Positions 1-7,290 are shown, numbered from the stretch's first letter. The stretch: 13,071 nt of DNA from Myxococcota bacterium (GCA_041611735.1 JBFIML010000072.1:1-13071); one strand, 5' to 3'. Numbers and translations: made by a program. Notes: generated by a model not told the origin, from the sequence alone.

Positions 1-192
1 CAGGCTCTGCGCGGTCATACCAGGGAGGCTGCTTCCCGACCTCGGGTAGTAACGTGTGGGTTGTCCCGGGCTATCTCGTCCCGGTGTCTTTCACCCCTCC
101 CTTCGAGGTAGTCGCCGAATACTGATGACCGCCAGAAAGCACGCTGGGCGTGACCACTCTGGCCGACCAAGGGCAAGAAGAGGACAGCTAGC

Positions 193-531
193 TTGCTCAA
201 GAGGTTCACGACTTGGCTTCGGGCACTTTTCGGCCAGGGCCCGAGGCGCACGAACCCTGCCGACTTCGATCCCAACACTGGAGAGTTCACGCTCCCCACC
301 CCCGAGAAGCTCGCTGCTCAGCTTCGAATCCGAGAACGAGCCAGAGAAGACGCAGAGTGTGGTCTCCCCGCGTCTAAAGACATGGGTCCGGCCGGCACGC
401 AGATTATGATCATTCAGTACGCGAGAAATCGGGCGATCGAGAATTGCGCCGCGGCAAGGCGTGTGATCGCTGAATATGAAGAGAGAATTGTAAACGCGGA
501 CGTTCGGCCGGAGCTTGGTTCACTGAAGTAG
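193..531 (+). CDS. Hypothetical protein (112 aa), possibly a truncated cargo gene
   Basis: TTG start preceded by purine-rich AAGAAGAGGA. Protein-like helical composition (EKLAAQLRIRERAREDAECGLP...RRVIAEYEERIV). Visibly more A/T-rich than the primase gene. No recognised motif. Confidence 0.45.
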   Translation: MLKRFTTWLRALFGQGPRRTNPADFDPNTGEFTLPTPEKLAAQLRIRERAREDAECGLPASKDMGPAGTQIMIIQYARNRAIENCAAARRVIAEYEERIVNADVRPELGSLK

Positions 532-1087
532 AGGGCGCGGTCTACCGGCAACATCGGAATGATGTATCCGTCCACACTGATCGTAAAGACAGCGCCGAGT
601 CGCTCATTGAACGCTACGATAAGGCCGTCGCGCGTAGGCCCACCACTGCCATTGGTAATCATAACCAGAGCCCCGATTCCTCGCCGTTCGCGTCCAGCAC
701 CCGCACCCCCGGCACTCGGGGTGACGGGTCACCACACTGGAAAGCCATCAGCAGAGCGGCCACGGATGCGGCGATGACCACTGCGGTGGCTTGAAGGAAG
801 CGTCCCATCGGTCCCCCCTCCCGACTAGAACCGCCAACACGGCACCGTAACAGGCCTTAGAGCGGAACGCCGGACGAGGAGGGGAATGCAAGCAGGGGAG
901 GGCGGAGCGATAGGGAGCCGAAGGTCGGGTCACCCCTTCGAGGCGAGGCTCTTAGCGCTCTGCCCCGGAGGGGGGCAGGGCGTGAGCCTAGTCCCCAGGC
1001 GCATCTCGGCACATGGCCGCCGGCCCAAGGGGGGGCCGCCTCTGGCCCCGGCCGAGGCCCCACTCGACCATAACCCCGGGCGGCACC

Positions 1088-2899
1088 TCATCTGACCCTC
1101 GCTTCGCCGAAGCGGTCCGGTTGCTCGTTCCGTTGTTCCCATGGCCTACCGGGAACGAGAGAGCGAGAATCCCCGGAGGGCACAAGCTGGTAGACATAGG
1201 GGTCCCCCCGCCTGCCGCCGCCCGCCCGCGCGATGCGGTTCGCGGCTACCAGGGCGCGCAGGGCGGGCCGTAGGTGGCGCGTCCGGCCCTCGACGGCCTC
1301 GAGGATCTCCGGCTCCATGAGGCCGCTCTCCCGGCCCGCCAGGTGCTCAAGGATGCGTTCCTCGGCGAGGCTCACGTCCCTCTCGCCCTTCGAGCCGGCC
1401 AGCTTGGGCCAGCCGTCGGCGCCGAGCTCGAGCACGCTCTCCTCGAGGTCCGGCCCATAGCGCTGGATTGAGGCCAGCGTCCGGTAACGCTCCGTCCGGC
1501 GCAGGACGAGCGCCGTATCCACGCTCCCGAGGAGGGCCGTCGAGCCGAGGATCGCGTCCCCCTGAAAGGGGGCCTCGCCCTTCCGCGCGTGGTGGACGAG
1601 CAAGACGTGCGCTCCCGAGTCGCGGGCGATGCCGAGGAGGGGCTCGAGGCGGGTTGTCACCTCGGCGTAGTCGTTCAGATCACGGGCGCGGACGAGCCGT
1701 TGCAGTGTGTCCACCACGAGGAGCGCGGGCCGTTCGCGCTCCGCCATGCGGGCGAGCTCCTCGAGAGCATCCTCGGGCGCGCTCCCGAAGAAAGCGGAGA
1801 AGGGCTCCTCGCCCGTGGCCCCCAGATCGCGCAGGTGCGAACGAAACTCCCCGCGCTTTTCCTCGAGCGCCAGGTAGAAGCACGGCCCCTCGGCCACCTC
1901 AAGGCCAAGCCACGGCGCACCTCGAGCCACGGCGAGGCCGAGCGAGCGGGCGAGCGTGCTCTTGCCGGCTTTGGGCTTTCCGGCGAGAAGGGACAAGCCG
2001 CCCATCGGGAGGCGTTCCTCGACGAGCCAACGGACGCGCTCTTCCGGCTCCGCAAAAAGCTCGGAGAGGGGAGCGAAACGTAGCCGCGGCCGAAAGCCCT
2101 CGGCCTCGCGGGCTTCCTCGAGTGCGAGGCCCGCCTCGAGGTGGTCGAATGCGTCCGCGTGCTCAAGCTCGACGCTCGCCTCGACGACGCGAACGGTTGC
2201 GGCGACGCCCTCGAGGTCGCGGAGCACCTCGCACGCTCGCTTGCGTCCGGGCTCGTCACGGTCGGCCCATATGGTCACGCGCTTGCCGCGGAAAGCCTCG
2301 GCATACTCAGACACCCAGCCCGCCGGCGGGCAAGTCGCCGCCGACCCGGCCGGCAGCACCGTGGCTAGGGCATCCGAAGCCTTCTCGCCTTCGGAGAGGT
2401 GTACCGCCTCTGCCTCGAGAACTGGGCGCAGGTTGTAGAGCACGCGCGGGTTGCCCTCGCCCTTGCGAGCTCGCCGCCAGCCGCCGCGGCCGTCGGGCAC
2501 CTCCCACTCAAAGTGCTTCGGCTCGTATCGGATCTTCCGTGCAAGCTCCTCGCCCTGGGCGTCGGTGTAGGTGTACGAGGCCACCCGCCGCGAACCGCCC
2601 GCTGTTTGAGGGCGAGGGTCGGAGCGGCCAGGTTGCGGCGCGGGCCGGAGAATTGGCGTTGCCGGCACCTCGTGGGGGCGATCCTGGGGCAAAAGCGAGC
2701 GCCACTCGAGGCCAAGCTCCTCGAGGACGTCCTCGGTTCGGCAGCCCGCGTGGCACCGGAGGAGGGCGCGCCCGTCACGGCCCTGGCCGAGAGAAAGCGA
2801 CGGCCTGCGGTCGTCGTGGGCCGGGCAGCGGGCGAGGCCGCCGTGCACCGGGCCGAGGCCATGCTCCTCGAGGGCTCGCATCACGCGGGTAAGAGGCAT
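1088..2899 (-). CDS. Primase-helicase fusion: N-terminal Zn-binding domain, TOPRIM domain, AAA_25/RepA-like (SF4-type) helicase, probable C-terminal winged helix
   Basis: CPAHDD...CHAGC Zn ligands; TOPRIM SEGEKASD and WADRDEPG (DxD); Walker A GKPKAGKST; Walker B LLVVDT; LLVHHARK and GSTALLGSVD helicase motifs. ATG at 2899 overlaps the upstream stop (TGATG); alternative GTG at 2902. Confidence 0.9.
   Translation of the reverse strand: MPLTRVMRALEEHGLGPVHGGLARCPAHDDRRPSLSLGQGRDGRALLRCHAGCRTEDVLEELGLEWRSLLPQDRPHEVPATPILRPAPQPGRSDPRPQTAGGSRRVASYTYTDAQGEELARKIRYEPKHFEWEVPDGRGGWRRARKGEGNPRVLYNLRPVLEAEAVHLSEGEKASDALATVLPAGSAATCPPAGWVSEYAEAFRGKRVTIWADRDEPGRKRACEVLRDLEGVAATVRVVEASVELEHADAFDHLEAGLALEEAREAEGFRPRLRFAPLSELFAEPEERVRWLVEERLPMGGLSLLAGKPKAGKSTLARSLGLAVARGAPWLGLEVAEGPCFYLALEEKRGEFRSHLRDLGATGEEPFSAFFGSAPEDALEELARMAERERPALLVVDTLQRLVRARDLNDYAEVTTRLEPLLGIARDSGAHVLLVHHARKGEAPFQGDAILGSTALLGSVDTALVLRRTERYRTLASIQRYGPDLEESVLELGADGWPKLAGSKGERDVSLAEERILEHLAGRESGLMEPEILEAVEGRTRHLRPALRALVAANRIARAGGGRRGDPYVYQLVPSGDSRSLVPGRPWEQRNEQPDRFGEARVR
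1124..1159. repeat. GTTCC(C)/GGGAAC inverted-repeat cluster in the 3' end of the primase-helicase gene (candidate origin)
   Basis: GTTCCC (1135-1140), 10-nt spacer, GGGAAC (1151-1156). CTCGTTCC (1124-1131) is also the reverse complement of GGAACGAG (1152-1159). Function is inferred. Confidence 0.35.
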
Positions 2900-3156
2900 C
2901 ACGGGTTCTCCTCCCCCAGGATCTCCGCAACACGATCCTCAGCGTGCCGGCTCGACGGGACGCGGTGCCGTGCGAGCCAGGAGCGGACGTCGCCCTCAAG
3001 AATGAGCACGTCCCGCGACCCGAGGCGCGACGCAACGAGCTCGCCGCTGCGAATGGCATCCCGGACACGCCGGCGGTCGATTCCGAGGCGGCGAGCCAAT
3101 GCGGCGATACTGAATCCGGCGCGCTCGGTGGAGCGGGATCGGGTGTTCTGGCGCAT
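2899..3156 (-). CDS. Excisionase-family (HTH_17-like) DNA-binding protein, 85 aa
   Basis: FSIAALARRLGIDRRRVRDAIRSGELVASRLGSRDVLILEGDVRSWL matches the Xis/HTH_17 pattern. Its stop overlaps the primase start. Confidence 0.85.
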   Translation of the reverse strand: MRQNTRSRSTERAGFSIAALARRLGIDRRRVRDAIRSGELVASRLGSRDVLILEGDVRSWLARHRVPSSRHAEDRVAEILGEENP

Positions 3157-3186
3157 ACGGACCCAATTAGCCCAGCGTGGAAGCGA

Positions 3187-3227
3187 GAAAACAGGACGTC
3201 AGGCTAGGATTTCGACGTCCGGTTTTC
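3187..3227. promoter_or_regulatory. 14-bp imperfect inverted repeat (operator and/or terminator hairpin) upstream of the xis-primase operon
   Basis: GAAAACAGGACGTC (3187-3200), 13-nt spacer, GACGTCCGGTTTTC (3214-3227); 13 of 14 positions complementary. Straddles the stop codon of the 238-aa gene. Confidence 0.55.
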
Positions 3228-3920
3228 AGGAACTAGGCGCGAGGCCTTGCGGGGGCGGCCGCGCGTTCGGCGGCGAGGCAGACCGATCCGGTCTAGCAGG
3301 TCGTAAACGGAGCGACGAAGAGCGCTTGGGTCGTTTCGTGCGATCCGTTCAAGTGGCTCCCGAAGTACTTGGAAGCGAACGGCAGCCTCGACGGTTGCAT
3401 CCGAGAACCCGAACGGTTCGACAGGAATGCCTCTGGTTCGAGCCGCTCGTCCGCGTCGTTCAAGCCGAGCAATATCCAGCTCAAGGCGTCTGCGCGCCTC
3501 GCTCAGCGTCTCGTCCGAGCCGGGCGTCCAAACCTTGACCGTAGTCTCTTCTTGCATCCACCCGCTGGTCCGCCAAGCCCACTCGCGGCGCTCGAAGAGC
3601 TGTTCCGATCGTGTCCAGCATCGCAGCGTGTTGAGGGCCACCTCGGCGCACCACTCGGCGTCGAGCCCCCACTGGCGAAGCCAGTTCGTCAGGGTTTCGC
3701 CAAGGGAGGCGTGCGAGGGCAGTCGACGCTGAGTGCGAGTGATATGGACTTGGGCTGCCGGCTCGAGTTCGCGGAAGGCGTCGAACGGGTCGCCGGCAAG
3801 CGTCTCGAGCACCGATTGGGCCTCCGGCAGCTTCCATATCGACCAGAGGAAGCGATTACGGGCCTCCTCGATGAAATGCTGCGCGGTCATGCCCGCCGTG
3901 TGTTCCTCGCGGCGCTCCAT
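3204..3920 (-). CDS. Hypothetical protein (238 aa), possible DNA-binding regulator; alternative start at 3890
   Basis: Long ORF with normal protein composition, co-oriented with xis and primase. C-terminal helical segment followed by the basic AT-hook-like motif RRRTRGRPRK. GGAGG-like RBS upstream of the 3890 ATG. Confidence 0.65.
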   Translation of the reverse strand: MERREEHTAGMTAQHFIEEARNRFLWSIWKLPEAQSVLETLAGDPFDAFRELEPAAQVHITRTQRRLPSHASLGETLTNWLRQWGLDAEWCAEVALNTLRCWTRSEQLFERREWAWRTSGWMQEETTVKVWTPGSDETLSEARRRLELDIARLERRGRAARTRGIPVEPFGFSDATVEAAVRFQVLREPLERIARNDPSALRRSVYDLLDRIGLPRRRTRGRPRKASRLVPENRTSKS

Positions 3921-4000
3921 GGAAAGCCCGGCCCAAGCCGCGGAGCAAGCGGCCTTTCGGGAGCGACCCTAGGATCGAGGCTACAAGCGCCTAGAGTGTG

Positions 4001-4993
4001 CTAGACGGCGCGCCTCCGCCATGCCGCCAACAGGAGCACGCCCCCCATCACGAGCAGGCCCGTGCCGGGCTCGGGGACGAATGTAAGGCGAAAGCCTGTC
4101 CCGCTCGGCGCTTGAAAATTCGCAAGCACCCCGTAGCGAACGGCTGCGGAAAGGTTCCCAGGGGTGCCGAAGATGTTGTTTTCCCAACTTCCCCCTCGTT
4201 TGACGCGATACAGACCCGACGGGTCCTGATGAATCGTATCAGTCCACTCGAATACGTTTCCGCCCTGGTCGAAGGTGCCGTAGGGGCTTTCCGAGAGGCC
4301 GTAGGCGCCAACGTCTGTGGGCGACCCAACGGCACCGTTGCAGTTCGCCGAGTTGCCCGTATCACCAGCAGGAGCCACACAAGAGGTCTGCATGTCGGTC
4401 CCCGCCGGGTAGTCGAACCACGTCGTCCCGTTGAAATACGCGGCCTTGTACCACTCGTCCTCGCCCGGGAGAAAGATCGTTGCTCCGGCATTGCGCGTGA
4501 CCGAATTCGCTGCAATCCCTCCTGCTGTTAGGGTGTAGGCCCCGTCCTCCGTCGTACTGTTGTCCTGCATGCCTGTCGGCTGTCCATTCTGTATCCAATT
4601 TGCAAAGCGCGCCGCGTCCCAGAACGAGACCGCCTCCACGGGCCTGTTCTCCAAGCCGGGCAGTATCGAGTAGGTGTAACTGCCGTCGACACCACTTTGA
4701 ATGATCCCGCCGCTGCCTCCGCCATAGAGGCCGTTTGAATCTGTAACCGCGACAGCGTTCAGAAACTCGGTGTACTGGGTATTGGAAATCTCGTACTTGG
4801 AGATGGAGTAGGCATAGGCGACAGACCCGTAGCCAGTAGTGCCGTTCCCCTCAGGGCTGGGGTCGATCATCACCTCGTTGTCGGCAGCGTTACCTGGGTT
4901 CCCGATCAGCACCCAGTCCATCGTGACGGCCTGGCCCGGCACCGTAGGGCCGAGGGCCGCGAGGAGAGCAAGCGAGAGCAGACGAAAGCACAT
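4001..4993 (-). CDS. FGE-sulfatase (SUMF1/EgtB/PvdO-fold) domain surface protein with signal peptide and PEP-CTERM sorting signal
   Basis: Signal peptide MCFRLLSLALLAALG...QA; FGE-fold motifs ISKYEISNTQYTEFLN, LPGEDEWYKAA, SPYGTFDQGGNVFEW, RGGSW, GFRL; C-terminal VPEPGTGLLVMGGVLLLAAWRRR. RBS GGAGGGAG directly upstream. Confidence 0.92.
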   Translation of the reverse strand: MCFRLLSLALLAALGPTVPGQAVTMDWVLIGNPGNAADNEVMIDPSPEGNGTTGYGSVAYAYSISKYEISNTQYTEFLNAVAVTDSNGLYGGGSGGIIQSGVDGSYTYSILPGLENRPVEAVSFWDAARFANWIQNGQPTGMQDNSTTEDGAYTLTAGGIAANSVTRNAGATIFLPGEDEWYKAAYFNGTTWFDYPAGTDMQTSCVAPAGDTGNSANCNGAVGSPTDVGAYGLSESPYGTFDQGGNVFEWTDTIHQDPSGLYRVKRGGSWENNIFGTPGNLSAAVRYGVLANFQAPSGTGFRLTFVPEPGTGLLVMGGVLLLAAWRRRAV

Positions 4994-5030
4994 GACTCCC
5001 TCCTCCCCAGGAAGGCCCCCATTTGCTCAC

Positions 5031-5076
5031 GGGGTCAAACGCCAACGGCTCGGCTGGGGCCAGACGGGGGCCAGTC
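5031..5076 (+). repeat. Three GGGGYCARWC direct repeats, candidate tyrosine-integrase arm-type sites
   Basis: GGGGTCAAAC (5031-5040), GGGGCCAGAC (5056-5065), GGGGCCAGTC (5067-5076). The last two are tandem at an 11-bp period, on the element side of the att core. Confidence 0.55.
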
Positions 5077-5164
5077 TGCACCGGAGGCGCGCGTACGCGC
5101 CACAGGCGTAGGATGCTCTCGCGCAACGTGGCGCGTTCTCTCAGGATCTCTTGGGCGGCGGCGC

Positions 5165-5210
5165 CTTCCCAAGCCGAGGGTCGCGGGTTCGAATCCCGTT
5201 TCCCGCTCCA
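5165..5210 (+). pseudogene. 3' half of tRNA-Gly(CCC), att site (displaced tRNA fragment)
   Basis: Anticodon loop TTCCCAA (5166-5172), 3' stem GCCGA, T-arm GCGGG-TTCGAAT-CCCGT, acceptor 3' strand TTCCCGC, discriminator T, CCA. The 5' acceptor strand, D-arm and 5' anticodon stem (TCGGC expected, GCGCC present) are missing. Confidence 0.92.
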
Positions 5211-5577
5211 GGGATGCTTCGGGCTCGGCGGGGGGTTGGCCTGTCGGGCCTTTGTCTTTCTGGCAACGGCGTTCCCGGTGTTCCCGGTTCGTTGCAGGGA
5301 ACCGGGGTCCGGACGCCAGCCATCCGTCAGTTCATCATCGGGCTGCTCCTCATCGAACGACCGCGGTTCCGCGGCACGCTCGACGATTCGATGTAAAGCA
5401 ACCTGCGTGCCGAAGGCTTCGCTGCGGCAAAGGGCTGCGGGATCGATGAGTTGCGCGGGTGGTCAGCGCGGCGGATGCGGCAGTCTGGTGGCTCCCTTCG
5501 GAGCTGAGTGCGACCAAGGCGGACCCCTCCGATTGCCTACACGGTGAAGCGGCGGAGCGGCCGACCGTCCTGCGTGG

Positions 5578-5910
5578 GTGCTCGGTGCCGGTTGGTTCGG
5601 TGGGGAGAGTGAACCGCCCCGCGTTCTCCGGAGACTCACAGTCGCTCTGCCGGTCGTCGCCCTAGTCGCCATTGCCGCGTGCCAGATCATTGCATCCACT
5701 GACTCGGCGTCGGAGCTCTTGGGTGAGAGATTCACCGGCTTCGCGTGGTCTGCGTCCGCTCCTACCTCCATTGACCTAAACGGGGACGGCAGCGTCGACT
5801 TGTCGGTCCTTGGCTATGCCGATGATACTGCCGCGGTCGGCGTCATTCTTGGACCCCCTTCAGAAGAGCCGAGATCACTCCATCTCGAGTTCTCCATTCA
5901 GGGCACGCTG
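5578..5910 (+). pseudogene. Fragment of a secreted or lipoprotein FG-GAP/VCBS-repeat protein; boundaries approximate
   Basis: Signal- and lipobox-like RRLTVALPVVALVAIAAC followed by a single DLNGDGSVDL motif (5773-5802). The ORF then runs into low-complexity Arg/Ala-rich sequence. Confidence 0.4.
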
Positions 5911-6258
5911 GTCGGCGTGATGGTCGCGGTCGTGCAGCTCGATGGGGCGCGCACCTTGGGGGCTGCTCGCTTCGCTGCTCGACGAACACCTCGAAGACGC
6001 GCGCCTGCGCGGTTTGCGCGCGGCGCGTACCTCGGCGGAGAGCGTGCAGCTTTGAAGGATGCGTGGCTCGCAAGCGATCGCCGGGAGGTTGGAAGGCGAG
6101 GCGCCATGTCGGCCGGTCGCGGCGTCCCCTCGACGGGCGCAGGCGGATCGGCTTAGGATAAGGGGTCTGGCGAACCCGACAGCGATCGAGGCGGATTTCC
6201 GTTTCGGTTCAAGGCGGCGCCCGTGGACGAGGTGCGGCCGCGCAAGCAAGGAGCGGGC

Positions 6259-7290
6259 ATGGAATTCGATCTCATGACCAGTGGGCTCACCTGGAAGAGG
6301 AGCGCCGAACTCGCGCGGGATCTCGAGTCGGCGGGTTTCTCCGGCATGCTCTTCACCGAGGCGGGCACGGTGCCGTGGATGATGATTGCTTCTGCCGCCA
6401 TGGCGGCGCCGAAGCTCCACTTTTCGACCGGCATCGCCGTGGCCTTTCCGCGCAGCCCCATGATTTCGGCCCAAGTGGCATGGGAACTCGCGCAGAACAC
6501 CGAAGGTCGTTTCCGTCTGGGATTGGGCAGCCAGGTGCGTGGGCACGTCGTTCGGCGCTACGCCGCGACGTTCGACAAGCCGGCCGCGCAGATGCGTGAC
6601 TACGTTGGCGCGTTCAAGGCGTGCATTCGCGCCTTTCGCGGCGAAGAGAAGCTCAAGCACGAGGGGCCCTACTACAATCTGAGCCTCCTGCCCGGCCAGT
6701 GGGCGCCGCCGCGCCACGATTTCGAGGATGTGAAAGTCGATATCTCGGCGGTTGGACCGATGATGTGCCGCGTAGCGGGCGAGCTGTGCGACGGCGTCCA
6801 CGTGCATCCGATGCATTCGATGCACTACATCGAAAATCGGCTACTGCCTTCGCTCGCGGAGGGCGCCGAGCGGGCGGGGCGCAGTGTCGACGACATCGAT
6901 CTGCACGTTCCCGTGTTCGCGATCGCGGGCGATACGCCCGAAGGGCGCGAACGCCTGGTCCAGATCACGCGCACCCAGATCGCTTTCTACGGGTCGACGC
7001 CCAACTATCACTTCCAGTTCGACGATCTCGGTTTCGAGGGCATGACGCCGAAGCTCGGCGCCATGCTGAAGGCCGGCGACATCGGCGGCATGGCGAAGGC
7101 GATCACGGACGAAATGCTCGAGCATTTCGCGCTCGTCGCGCGCTGGGACGACATGGCCGACGCGTTGATCAAGCGCTACGGCGACAAGGCCACGCGCATC
7201 GTGAGCTACCTCACGATGGGCGACATCACCCAGAACCCGAAGAACCTGGGCCGCTGGGGTGACATCGCGCAAGCGGTGCGCGCCGCCTAG
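6259..7290 (+). CDS. LLM-class (luciferase-like) F420-dependent oxidoreductase, TIGR03617-like
   Basis: STGIAVAFPRSPM, GRFRLGLGSQVRGHVVRRY, AVGPMMCRVAGELCDGVHVHP, QIAFYGSTPNY motifs. AAGGAG RBS at 6248-6253 before ATG 6259. Confidence 0.9.
   Translation: MEFDLMTSGLTWKRSAELARDLESAGFSGMLFTEAGTVPWMMIASAAMAAPKLHFSTGIAVAFPRSPMISAQVAWELAQNTEGRFRLGLGSQVRGHVVRRYAATFDKPAAQMRDYVGAFKACIRAFRGEEKLKHEGPYYNLSLLPGQWAPPRHDFEDVKVDISAVGPMMCRVAGELCDGVHVHPMHSMHYIENRLLPSLAEGAERAGRSVDDIDLHVPVFAIAGDTPEGRERLVQITRTQIAFYGSTPNYHFQFDDLGFEGMTPKLGAMLKAGDIGGMAKAITDEMLEHFALVARWDDMADALIKRYGDKATRIVSYLTMGDITQNPKNLGRWGDIAQAVRAA

Larger units (their letters stand above)
1..5210. mobile_element. Right portion of a tRNA-Gly(CCC)-integrated element (satellite-like/minimal integrative element); left end outside the window
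   Basis: Ends in a 3'-half tRNA-Gly copy on the + strand, which places the element to its left. Contains an Xis-like HTH gene and a primase-helicase gene. Tandem arm-like repeats lie ~90-135 bp inside the att core. No integrase seen in the window. Confidence 0.75.

Noticed and set aside
7-18. 12-bp match CTGCGCGGTCAT also at 3879-3890
   Set aside because: A single 12-mer match is expected by chance in 13 kb of GC-rich DNA, and it does not extend.
780-1087. Small ORFs or an ncRNA downstream of the primase gene
   Set aside because: The ORFs are low-complexity with no motifs, and I could not match the purine-rich tract or GC hairpins to any RNA family.
1468-3538. Long + strand ORFs 1468-2892 and 2399-3538
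   Set aside because: Antisense shadows of the primase, xis and orphan genes in high-GC DNA, with no motifs.
5135-5210. Intact tRNA-Gly gene
   Set aside because: No GCGGGAA 5' acceptor strand, no D-arm and no complementary 5' anticodon stem; only the 3' half is present.
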